From a virus (Duplodnaviria; Caudoviricetes), in IMG/VR virus record IMGVR_UViG_2846458514_000001, positions 4,277-68,276 of that record: 64,000 bases of DNA; one strand, 5' to 3'. Positions 19,457 through 27,993 of the stretch are shown here, one piece after another. The position numbers and the translations under genes were made by a program. Under the pieces are notes generated by a model, which was not told the origin of the DNA, did no database searches, and worked only from the letters and a program-made list of their open reading frames with translations. How positions within the stretch are numbered: the first letter of the stretch is position 1; each line of letters begins with the position of its first letter.

Positions 19457-20950
19457 ATGAATTTCAACCCTGCGCTGATCCAGCCGAGTGATGCCCGATC
19501 CGGCATGATGTCGGTGAAAGACCTTGAAGGGCTGCGCAAAGCCCTTGAGGCGGGATACGGCACCGACGTCTCGCAGCTGACCGGGGGTGCCGCGCTGCGC
19601 ATCCAGTCGCTGGATATGACAATGCAGTCCACCATCCAGTCGAACGAGGATTTCCGCCTGTTCAACATGCTCCTCAAGCAGGGGGCAGGGGCGACCGTTG
19701 ACGAATGGACCGAACAGGATAGCGTCGGCGGCTTCCTCGGCGGCAGCACCAATTCGGAAATGGGGAACATCCCCAACGCGGTTGGCGATTACAACCGGCG
19801 CGTGGGCATGGTCAAATTCCTGATGACCCAGCGTCAGGTGTCGTTCGTGCAGACCCTGCAGAACACGATTTCCGATTCACAGGCCGTTGAGCAGAACAAC
19901 GGCGCGCTGCAGCTGCTGACCGATGCCGAATACCTGTCGTTCAGCGGTGATTCCGCCGTGGTCCCGACCGAGTTCGACGGTATCGAGGCGCAGATCCGTT
20001 ATGGCGTGGCGGCGGGGCAGGTCGATCCCGGCAATATCCTTGACTGCCGCGGGCAGCAGCTGGCCAGCGTCAACCTGGTCAACAAGGCAGCAGCGAAGGT
20101 GGCCGGGTACGGAAACTTCGGTCGCGCGACCAACCTGTTCTGCTCCTACAACACGCAGGCAGATTTCGACACGAACCTCGACCCGGCCTATCGCGTGCCG
20201 CTGACGGGTGTTTCGGATGGTGGCCTGAAGCTGGGTGCGCCCGTCAACGGTATCCGGACCTCGTTCGGCAATATCTCCAACGACCCGGACGTGTTCATCC
20301 CTGATTCCGAGATGCAGCAGCCGTTCGAGGTGATCTATCCGGCGATTGCGGCGGCGCAGGCCTCCATCGCACCGTCGGCAGTCACGCCCGTTGCGCTGGC
20401 TGCTGCGGATGTCTCGTCCCAGTTCACGGCGGCGCAGGCGGGGAACTACTACTATCTGGTGGCGGGCGTGAACGCGTCCGGCCAGTCCACCGGCGTCGTC
20501 TCTGCCCAGGTGGCGATTGCGTCCGGCATGGGGGCGACCCTGACGATCGCACGCAGCGTCGGCGCACAGGAAACGGGGTATGCGATCTATCGTTCCCGCC
20601 AGAACGGTCCGGGCGTAGTTGCCGGTTCCGTGCCGGGGCAGGGCAGCGATTTCCGCCTGGTCTGCCGTATCCCCTGCGCCGGAGCCACGACAGTCTGGAC
20701 GGACCTGAACCAGGATATCCCGGGCACGTCCAAGGCATTCTTGCTGCCGATGCGGCCCGGAAACAGCGCGGTGGTCTGGCGTCAGCTGCTACCGATGATT
20801 AAGTTCCCGCTGTATCCGACCAACCAGGCGGTGATCCCGTGGGCGCAGATGCTGTTCGGATACCTGCGCCTGTCCAAGCGCAAGCAGATCGCGGTGTTCA
20901 AGAACATCCTGTCGAACAACGACGTCTGGCTCCCGCACGCCAATAGCTGA
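19457..20950 (+). CDS. Major capsid protein (SPO1/Twort-like N-terminus)
   Basis: LRKALEAGYG...GAALRIQSLD and EFDGI resemble Herelleviridae capsid motifs; size and position fit. Confidence 0.8.
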   Translation: MNFNPALIQPSDARSGMMSVKDLEGLRKALEAGYGTDVSQLTGGAALRIQSLDMTMQSTIQSNEDFRLFNMLLKQGAGATVDEWTEQDSVGGFLGGSTNSEMGNIPNAVGDYNRRVGMVKFLMTQRQVSFVQTLQNTISDSQAVEQNNGALQLLTDAEYLSFSGDSAVVPTEFDGIEAQIRYGVAAGQVDPGNILDCRGQQLASVNLVNKAAAKVAGYGNFGRATNLFCSYNTQADFDTNLDPAYRVPLTGVSDGGLKLGAPVNGIRTSFGNISNDPDVFIPDSEMQQPFEVIYPAIAAAQASIAPSAVTPVALAAADVSSQFTAAQAGNYYYLVAGVNASGQSTGVVSAQVAIASGMGATLTIARSVGAQETGYAIYRSRQNGPGVVAGSVPGQGSDFRLVCRIPCAGATTVWTDLNQDIPGTSKAFLLPMRPGNSAVVWRQLLPMIKFPLYPTNQAVIPWAQMLFGYLRLSKRKQIAVFKNILSNNDVWLPHANS

Positions 20951-20955
20951 CGGGG

Positions 20956-20977
20956 AGGGGCGCTGGTCGCCCCTTTT
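20956..20977 (+). terminator. Intrinsic terminator after the capsid gene
   Basis: GGGGCG-CTGGT-CGCCCC followed by TTTT. Confidence 0.55.
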
Positions 20978-21011
20978 CCGATTTTCCTGACAGTCATGAG
21001 GAGATGCGTCG

Positions 21012-21308
21012 ATGCCACGCATTGTAAGCAAGATCCCGCATACCTCGTCGGAGGTGAACGGTGTGAAATTCAGCCCCGACAAGGGGCAGATGGTTTCCGA
21101 GGAGGTCAGCGACGACGTCGCCGCCCATTTCAAGGGGATCAAGGGGTATCGCGTGGTCGAGGACAAGAAGAGCACGCCCGCTGTCAGCAAGCCCGCCGGG
21201 AAGACCGACGGCGCAGGACCGGGCGGCGAGGTCGGGACGGACAGTGAAACCGACGCCAGCAAGGATGACCCCGCCGGCGGCAAAGAACCGGCTGCGCCCG
21301 CTGCGTAA
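21012..21308 (+). CDS. Hypothetical virion-region protein
   Basis: RBS present; in the structural operon. Confidence 0.6.
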   Translation: MPRIVSKIPHTSSEVNGVKFSPDKGQMVSEEVSDDVAAHFKGIKGYRVVEDKKSTPAVSKPAGKTDGAGPGGEVGTDSETDASKDDPAGGKEPAAPAA

Positions 21309-21334
21309 CGCGTATTTAACGAGGAGCCGCCTTC

Positions 21335-21550
21335 ATGACGTCCAACACGTTCAAGCCGACCGCGACCCTGCAGGACGAACTGAACCGCTGCATGCCGATC
21401 GCCCGGTCCGTGGGGCTGGGTGACCTGCTGTTTGGTCTGGTGCAGAACCAGAATGCCATCATTGAGCAACTGGCTGCGGCCGGGATCACGGGCATCACGG
21501 CCGATACGCTGCCCACGCCGCTGACACTGCCGGGGTTTGATCCCCAGTGA
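21335..21550 (+). CDS. Hypothetical virion-region protein
   Basis: GAGGAG RBS; coupled to the next gene. Confidence 0.55.
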   Translation: MTSNTFKPTATLQDELNRCMPIARSVGLGDLLFGLVQNQNAIIEQLAAAGITGITADTLPTPLTLPGFDPQ

Positions 21551-22362
21551 GCGAAAGCACGACGGCAGCGGGCACTACCGGCACCGTCGCGCAGGAGCCG
21601 AGCATGTTCGATCGTGCGAAGGCCCTGCCACTGCTGCGACAGAACCGCCTACTGTCCGTCGCCGCGCGTTATTTTCCGCAGGTTGAAATCAGCGACGACT
21701 TCCTGTGGGAGAAGCTTCGGGCGGAGGAATCACTGGCGGAGGCGCGTTTCCGCACCTTCTTCCATCCCAGGCAGATGTTTCCCCAGGGCTATGACCAGAC
21801 GGCTCTGGCGGCCCTGAACACGGCGGGTTATCCGACGCTGGAGGAGCCGGGATACGATTACGATCCGGGATTTTTCTCGGGTGACGAGTGGGGGTTCCTC
21901 CAGCTGCGCCGGACGCACATCGTGACGGTGCAGGAATTGCGGTTCTGCTACCCCAATCCGCAGGCGCCGCTCTACGTCGTTCCGTCGGACTGGATCAGGT
22001 ACGACCGGAAATACGGCCGGATCAACATCGTCGCCACCCAGACGCCGTCCAGCCTGCCGCTGAACGTATTTGTCATGGGGGCACTGTCGGGCGGCCGCAC
22101 CATCCCCCTGATGCTGCAGGTCGTTTATCAGGCAGGCCTGACCAACCCGTTCCTGACATGCCCGGAGGTGCCGGATTACGTGCTCAAGCGCGCAGTGCTG
22201 TCGTTGATTGAGGACCAGTTCCTGCCCCAGTCCGGATCGGTTTCAATCGACGGGATTTCGCAGAGCCTGTCCGTTCAGGTCGCGGGGCTGGCGCAGTCTC
22301 TGGAGGGGCGTGAGAGCGTGATCGAAGGGCGCCTGAACGGAATCCGTATGGGATTTGTGTGA
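21547..22362 (+). CDS. Head-tail adaptor/neck protein
   Basis: Position; VYQAG and SVSIDGISQS motifs. Confidence 0.6.
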   Translation: MSESTTAAGTTGTVAQEPSMFDRAKALPLLRQNRLLSVAARYFPQVEISDDFLWEKLRAEESLAEARFRTFFHPRQMFPQGYDQTALAALNTAGYPTLEEPGYDYDPGFFSGDEWGFLQLRRTHIVTVQELRFCYPNPQAPLYVVPSDWIRYDRKYGRINIVATQTPSSLPLNVFVMGALSGGRTIPLMLQVVYQAGLTNPFLTCPEVPDYVLKRAVLSLIEDQFLPQSGSVSIDGISQSLSVQVAGLAQSLEGRESVIEGRLNGIRMGFV

Positions 22363-23030
22363 TGCTGCCGAACGTCGCTGCGTGCAATGCCCTGTTATCC
22401 TCCACCGGGGGGCTGGGGCAGAACATTTCGTGGGAACCGTCCGCGCCGTGCCCGTGCATTGGCGGCACGATGAACGCCCCGCAGCCCAACTGCCCGCAAT
22501 GCCGCGGGATCGGCCACATTTGGTTTGCCGCGCAGTCCGCCTGGTCGGCGATGACGTCCATGAAACTGGTGCGGCAATGGGCGCAGTACGGGGAGTGGAT
22601 GAGCGGTGACATTGTCATGTCGATCCCGTCCGATTCCCCCTTTTTTGCAGCCGGAGAGTACGATCGCGTCACCCTGTCGCAGTCGAGCGAGCCATTCGGG
22701 CGGACCATTACCGTGGGGGAGAACGACCGTCTGGCGTTCACGCCCCTGAGCATTGATCGCGTGTTCTGGCTCTCGACCGATGGCAGCGGGATCATCACGG
22801 GGGGTATCCCCTCGGTGAACGCGGACGGGACGTTGGCTTGGCCTGCGGGCCTGCCTGTTCCTGCCGAGGGGCAAACCTTCACCATGACCGGACGCCGGGC
22901 GCCGCTGTATTTCCTGTTCCGCGATTTCCCCCAGGACCGTGAGCACGCGTCCGGCCTGCAGTTGCCGCGGCGCGTCGTGCTGCGCAAATTCGACCTGCTG
23001 GGCGCGACAGAGGGGGGAGTGACACGGTGA
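22359..23030 (+). CDS. Neck/head-closure protein
   Basis: CPC...CPQCRGIG motif; position. Confidence 0.6.
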   Translation: MMLPNVAACNALLSSTGGLGQNISWEPSAPCPCIGGTMNAPQPNCPQCRGIGHIWFAAQSAWSAMTSMKLVRQWAQYGEWMSGDIVMSIPSDSPFFAAGEYDRVTLSQSSEPFGRTITVGENDRLAFTPLSIDRVFWLSTDGSGIITGGIPSVNADGTLAWPAGLPVPAEGQTFTMTGRRAPLYFLFRDFPQDREHASGLQLPRRVVLRKFDLLGATEGGVTR

Positions 23031-23878
23031 GCCGCATCCGTGCCTCGGTCCTGACGGACCTGAATTTCTTTCGAGGACTTTCGGAACTGGAAGGTGACTT
23101 CCCTACTGTGTCTCGTGCAGTTTCCATGCTGGCCAAGCAGGCGCAGGATCTATGGAAGTCGTATGCGAACGGTGCCCCTCTGCCGGGCGGCAGCGTGATC
23201 CATCCACGAAGCGGAAAATATGTGAACTCTATTGAAATCAGAAAAATAAATGCGTTTTCTGCGGAGGTCTATTCCGATCTGCCCTATGCTAGGGTGATCG
23301 AGGAGGGCTGTCCCGAATATGACATGAAGAAGATGCTGGACAGCTCAATCAAGGTCCGGGTCTCAAAAGCTGGTCGAAGGTATCTGATCATCCCTTTTCG
23401 GTGGGGGACGCCCGGTGCAGAAATGGGCAATAACATGTCCAAGTCGGTCCATAAGTGGTGGCAGGGGAAGCGGGAGCGGTCGGATATCACCCTTCATACC
23501 AGCCGTCCGTCAGGCACTGGCATATACGACATGCGGACCCGGCGTCGGGTGACGGTCGATGCCTGGAAATATAAATGGGGTGACCGACTCACCGGGGAAA
23601 CCCTTGATCAGCTCGGCCATGGTGGGACGAAACTGGGTTCTCGCATGGCGGGTATGGTCAATTTTCGGAGTCCCGGAAAGAAAGGTGGCAGCGCACATTC
23701 CGAATACATGACATTTCGCGTCATGTCGGAGGGCTCGGCCGGCTGGATCAGGCCCGCGCAGCCCGGAAAGTGGCCTGCCCGGACAGTCGCTGAACAGCTG
23801 AAGCCTGCGATGGAGGAGGCCCTATCGCAGGCGCTGGAAATCGACATCACAAGCCTGGTCGGCGGCGAGAAGTCATAG
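23027..23878 (+). CDS. Neck/tail-completion protein
   Basis: YARVIEEG..YDMK, YLIIPF and YMTFRVMS..S.GWI motifs. Confidence 0.55.
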   Translation: MSRIRASVLTDLNFFRGLSELEGDFPTVSRAVSMLAKQAQDLWKSYANGAPLPGGSVIHPRSGKYVNSIEIRKINAFSAEVYSDLPYARVIEEGCPEYDMKKMLDSSIKVRVSKAGRRYLIIPFRWGTPGAEMGNNMSKSVHKWWQGKRERSDITLHTSRPSGTGIYDMRTRRRVTVDAWKYKWGDRLTGETLDQLGHGGTKLGSRMAGMVNFRSPGKKGGSAHSEYMTFRVMSEGSAGWIRPAQPGKWPARTVAEQLKPAMEEALSQALEIDITSLVGGEKS

Positions 23879-23906
23879 AGTCCGACAAGGCATCCGGCTA
23901 TACAGA

Positions 23907-23924
23907 TTGCATGCATGCATGCAA
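23907..23924. repeat. TTGCATGCATGCATGCAA palindrome, copy 2
   Basis: Exact match. Confidence 0.9.
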
Positions 23925-23972
23925 TTTATGTCGCATGCGGCATGGATGTGCTGATTGACTGTTGGCCGCCAT

Positions 23973-23988
23973 GTCGTGACGACATCAT
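23973..23988 (+). promoter_or_regulatory. Late-promoter motif GTCGTGACGA-CATCAT
   Basis: ATG 23995 lies 6 nt downstream. Confidence 0.65.
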
Positions 23989-23994
23989 GCGGGC

Positions 23995-24822
23995 ATGAGC
24001 ATTGTCGCATCTCCCCTGGCCTGCGGGTCTGCCGTGCGCCTGATCGTGTCGCCTCCCGCCGGGGCGCGGTACTGGCGGTTGCTGCGTGGCACGGTCGCCC
24101 CGTCTGGCCCTGACGATCTGGCCGCCACGGTGTTGGCGTCGTGCAGCACTGTGACGGACCGGCTGGACTGGCAGGGCCTGACTGACGGGACGCCCTACAG
24201 CTATGCCGTCTATTACTGGAACGGTGCCGAGTGGAGTGGGCCGGATACCGCCCAGGCAACACCCGCGCAGGCCATGGATTTTGATACGGTCGAGCCTGTT
24301 GCTGCGCTGCTGGAGCGGTTCAGGAAAGGCGTCGCGGCAGAGCTGTCGTCTGGCCGGATGAAGGTGCCCTCAGGAGAAATCAAGGTCGTGTCGTCTCCAC
24401 TGATGGCGGACGGACGCGCCACGTGGCCGATGGTGGTCATCCATCTCAACAGCAGCACGCCGTTTGCCCAGTTTGTGGGCGATGTTGTCCGCTCGCCGAG
24501 CGATAACGGCGACGGGACCGTGTCAGTCTGGCAGGGACAGATCTACGATTACAATATCACGGTCTCCGGATGGTCTCCCAACGAGGTCGAGCGCCTGTCG
24601 TTGCGCAAGATGCTCTGGCGCATCTTCGAGGCCAACCGGTTGCTGTTTGCCGATCTCGGGTTCGAGAACGCCACGCTGTCGCAGCGGGATTCCGAAGATC
24701 TGGAGCAGAAAAACTGCCCGCTGTTTATCTCGGAGGGGGTGATCTCATTCCAGATGATGCACTGGACAGCCGAGATCGTGCCGAAACTTCAGGCGCAGTC
24801 AATTACCGTGAAACAGAATTAG
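23995..24822 (+). CDS. Probable tail terminator
   Basis: Position before the sheath; FN3-like N-terminus. Confidence 0.5.
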   Translation: MSIVASPLACGSAVRLIVSPPAGARYWRLLRGTVAPSGPDDLAATVLASCSTVTDRLDWQGLTDGTPYSYAVYYWNGAEWSGPDTAQATPAQAMDFDTVEPVAALLERFRKGVAAELSSGRMKVPSGEIKVVSSPLMADGRATWPMVVIHLNSSTPFAQFVGDVVRSPSDNGDGTVSVWQGQIYDYNITVSGWSPNEVERLSLRKMLWRIFEANRLLFADLGFENATLSQRDSEDLEQKNCPLFISEGVISFQMMHWTAEIVPKLQAQSITVKQN

Positions 24823-24837
24823 ATCGGGAAACCCACG

Positions 24838-25149
24838 ATGGCCGATGAATCCACCAAGGCCGGCGCAGCGTCGAGTGCGGCGGCAAATGCACAACCGGCA
24901 GTCTCTTCGACCTCCGGCACAGGTGCCCCTGCAGCGCAAACTGCGGCCGCGCCCCCAGCTGTCGGCGCGGGGGCGGACCGGGCGCAACCCCGTATGTCAG
25001 CCGCCAGGTACTGCGCGCGGCTTGCACGAACGCGCGGGCAGGAGATCGCGGGGCTTTTCCGCTCCTATTGCGCGAAAAACAACCTGCATTTTGCAACGGT
25101 GGCGGATTTTGACGCGCGTGTCGCGGACGTCCTGAAGACGGAGGCCTGA
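24838..25149 (+). CDS. Hypothetical tail-region protein
   Basis: ORF within the operon. Confidence 0.55.
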   Translation: MADESTKAGAASSAAANAQPAVSSTSGTGAPAAQTAAAPPAVGAGADRAQPRMSAARYCARLARTRGQEIAGLFRSYCAKNNLHFATVADFDARVADVLKTEA

Positions 25150-25150
25150 T

Positions 25151-26941
25151 ATGGCGGACAGCACCCTGATCAACGGATCGGCGACATACACGCCGGGCGT
25201 TTTCTCCTCCACCTCTGACACGGCGATGAACCCGGTTTCGGCCGGGACAGGCAATATCCTATGCGTGATGGGGATTTCAACTGGTGGAAAGCCGAACACG
25301 CTGCTCGGGCCGTTCGCGACGCCGGGGGCGGCAGCGGACGTCCTTGTGGGCGGAGAACTGCTGACGGCGGTCCAGAAATGCTTTTCTGTCTCCGACCAGG
25401 TGGACGCGCCCTCGACCATTTATGCGGTCAACGTGGGATCGGCTCCTGCCGGGACGCTGACCCTGAAGGACAGCGCCGGGAACGACGCGATCAATCTGGT
25501 CACGGACCAGTATGGGACGGTCGCCAATACCGCTCAGATCGCGGTTTATGCCGGGACCGTGCAGGGCAGCGAGATCAGCGTGGGCTATGCCGGGCAGCAG
25601 GCCATCACGCAGGATAATATTGCCCGGGGTGCGTTTGGGGTCGCCTACACGGGTGCTGGGAGCAGCCCCACGATCGAGGTCGCCTCCGAGAGCGTCACGC
25701 TATCGGACGGGACCAAGACCACCGTGCTGGATCTGAACCAGTACCAGTCCATCGCGCAACTGGTGGACGCCATCAACACCGTCTCCGGGTTTGAGGCGAC
25801 GATCGTCGCGACGGCGGTCAACCAGACGGCACTGAACGCGCTTGATCCCGTTACGACACAGGCGCTCACATCCGCGCCTTACGCCGTGACGGCCAACCTT
25901 CAGGCACAGATTGATTTCCTCAACAGCACCGCGGGTGGGGGAATTTTCACCGCGTCACGCGCGACCACGGCCTCCGGGGCTGCGGCGCCTGTCGGGTGGC
26001 AGTCGCCCGCGCCGGTCACGGTGCCCGCGCCTCTGGTGACGGACTGGACGAACGCCCTGACGATGCTGCAGGGCACGAGCGTGAACTGGCTGGCGATCCT
26101 GTCGCCGAACCCGGCAGTCTGGGCCGCCGTGGACGCGCATGTGCAGTATATGTCCAAGACGGCGCAGCGGGAGCGGCGCGCGTGGGTGGGGCCGGACGTG
26201 GGGATGTCCCTTTCGGATGCAGCGGCGCTTGGCGTGCAGCTTAACAGTGATCGCGTCTCGATCGCGTGGCCCGGTTTTTACGGATACGACGCGAACGGCA
26301 ACGAAACGCTCTATCCGCCCTATATCACCGCCGCGCTGATCGCATCCGGCTTTGCCGGACTTTCGCCGGGCCAGACCATGACAAACGTGTCCCTTGACGT
26401 CATCGGTCCGGAGGTCGCGGTAAATATCCCGACGGACACTGACGTCCTGATCCCCGCCGGGATCACGCCCATTGCGCAGGGGCGCAGCGGCACGACGATC
26501 GTGGTGCGGGCAATCTCCTCCTGGCTGAACGATAACTATTATGACCGGGTCGAGGTCAGCACCGGGGCAGCGGCCGATTTCACGAACCAGCAGGTCAGGA
26601 ATGCCGTCCAGGCGCGGCTGGGGTCGGATGCATCGCAGGGAATGGGCGTTTCGCCCATCACGATGAACGGCTGCCTGTCCGATGCCGAGACGGCCCTGAA
26701 CTATTGCGCGACGCCGCGTCCGCTCGGGCCGGGGGTGATCGTGGGTGACACCAGTTCTCCGGCATGGGATGCCCTTACTGCGGTTGCCAGTGGTGACACC
26801 ATTGAGATCACGTTCAATTCCCAACCGGTAATCCCGCTGAATTTCATCAAAACCAACAATGCCCTGCGCCCCTACACGGGCACGGTAACCGTCAACGTCT
26901 CGTCCACCGGTAGCGCCTCCGGCGGCACGACCAGCAGCTGA
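25151..26941 (+). CDS. Contractile tail sheath protein
   Basis: TPGV, G.STGGKP...GGELL, AHVQYMS...ERR, PVIPLNFI; 596 aa. Confidence 0.88.
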   Translation: MADSTLINGSATYTPGVFSSTSDTAMNPVSAGTGNILCVMGISTGGKPNTLLGPFATPGAAADVLVGGELLTAVQKCFSVSDQVDAPSTIYAVNVGSAPAGTLTLKDSAGNDAINLVTDQYGTVANTAQIAVYAGTVQGSEISVGYAGQQAITQDNIARGAFGVAYTGAGSSPTIEVASESVTLSDGTKTTVLDLNQYQSIAQLVDAINTVSGFEATIVATAVNQTALNALDPVTTQALTSAPYAVTANLQAQIDFLNSTAGGGIFTASRATTASGAAAPVGWQSPAPVTVPAPLVTDWTNALTMLQGTSVNWLAILSPNPAVWAAVDAHVQYMSKTAQRERRAWVGPDVGMSLSDAAALGVQLNSDRVSIAWPGFYGYDANGNETLYPPYITAALIASGFAGLSPGQTMTNVSLDVIGPEVAVNIPTDTDVLIPAGITPIAQGRSGTTIVVRAISSWLNDNYYDRVEVSTGAAADFTNQQVRNAVQARLGSDASQGMGVSPITMNGCLSDAETALNYCATPRPLGPGVIVGDTSSPAWDALTAVASGDTIEITFNSQPVIPLNFIKTNNALRPYTGTVTVNVSSTGSASGGTTSS

Positions 26942-26952
26942 GGGAGCGCGTC

Positions 26953-27384
26953 ATGATTACCACGAGGACGAACGTCCATACCCAGTCCGGGAACCGGATC
27001 ATCATCGAGATGGGCGGTGCGCGGGTCGGGCTGATCCAGAGCTGCTCCCCCAGTGACGATTACGGTCTGGAACCTGCGACGGGGGTGGGGGATATCCACG
27101 TCTCGGAATGGGTGCCCACGCTTGCGCGGCATACCCTGTCCGTTCGCCGGATGATGCTGATCACTCAGTCGCTGCGCAATCTCGGGATTGCTACCATCAA
27201 CGGCGATAACGCGCTTCAGGGTCTGGTGTTCGACATCCTTTTCTTCAGCCGCGATAGTGGCGAGGTCATGCGGAAATACGTCAGCTGCTCGTGGGGGCGT
27301 GGCGCGGTTGATGTCAGCGCCAACAGGATCACGATGGAGGAGGGGACGCTCTACGCCCTGGATGCGTCGGGGGTTGACCTGTGA
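26953..27384 (+). CDS. Tail tube protein
   Basis: 143 aa after the sheath; SGNRI...VGLIQS...DDYG...GVGDIH..E.VP. Confidence 0.8.
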   Translation: MITTRTNVHTQSGNRIIIEMGGARVGLIQSCSPSDDYGLEPATGVGDIHVSEWVPTLARHTLSVRRMMLITQSLRNLGIATINGDNALQGLVFDILFFSRDSGEVMRKYVSCSWGRGAVDVSANRITMEEGTLYALDASGVDL

Positions 27385-27788
27385 ACAAAACGCTGTCGGT
27401 GCCGGTCGAGGGGATCGGTGATTTCGTGTTCCGCCAGCGCACGATGCGCGACGATATCCGCATCCAGGCGGAGATCGGGCGACTGCTGGGAGGCGATGCG
27501 GGTGAAGTGGGGGAGGTCGCGGTGGTGCGCGCGGAATCCTTCGCCACGATTTCCATTCTTCTGCAGGAGGGGCCGCCGGGGTGGAATGCGGAGGCCCTGG
27601 ACCCGTTGGATCGGGACGCATCGAAGGACATCCTGAAGGTATGGGGAGCCCTCCGCAATGCGGAGGACGAATTTCGTGGCGTCACTGCCACGAATGGCGC
27701 GGGAACGGGCACTGGAGCGGTGCGATCAGATCCGGTTCCGGTGGCGGCGCCAGTACAACCTGCCCCCGACGGACCCGCGATACCTTGA
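27381..27788 (+). CDS. Tail assembly chaperone (G)
   Basis: Between tube and tape measure; conserved-looking part ends at EDEFR. Confidence 0.7.
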   Translation: MNKTLSVPVEGIGDFVFRQRTMRDDIRIQAEIGRLLGGDAGEVGEVAVVRAESFATISILLQEGPPGWNAEALDPLDRDASKDILKVWGALRNAEDEFRGVTATNGAGTGTGAVRSDPVPVAAPVQPAPDGPAIP

Positions 27789-27984
27789 AATGACGGTGGG
27801 CGAGATGCTGGAGGACCTTCTGTGCCACCAGTTCCTCGACCACCCCGAAACCCGGGCCACGATGATCACCGACGACTTTGACGAGGAACTGGCGCTTCTG
27901 GAAGCGGAGGCGGCCAGGGAACCGGCGTCCCCTGCTGATGGAGGGACGGATATCCCTGATGATTTCATCGACCCGGTGGTGTGA
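27673..27984 (+). CDS. Tail assembly chaperone extension (T) in the +1 frame
   Basis: WRRQYNLPPTDPRYL motif; frame entered at TTT CGT 27672-27677. Confidence 0.65.
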   Translation, partial: FVASLPRMARERALERCDQIRFRWRRQYNLPPTDPRYLEMTVGEMLEDLLCHQFLDHPETRATMITDDFDEELALLEAEAAREPASPADGGTDIPDDFIDPVV

Positions 27985-27993
27985 GGAAGCAGC

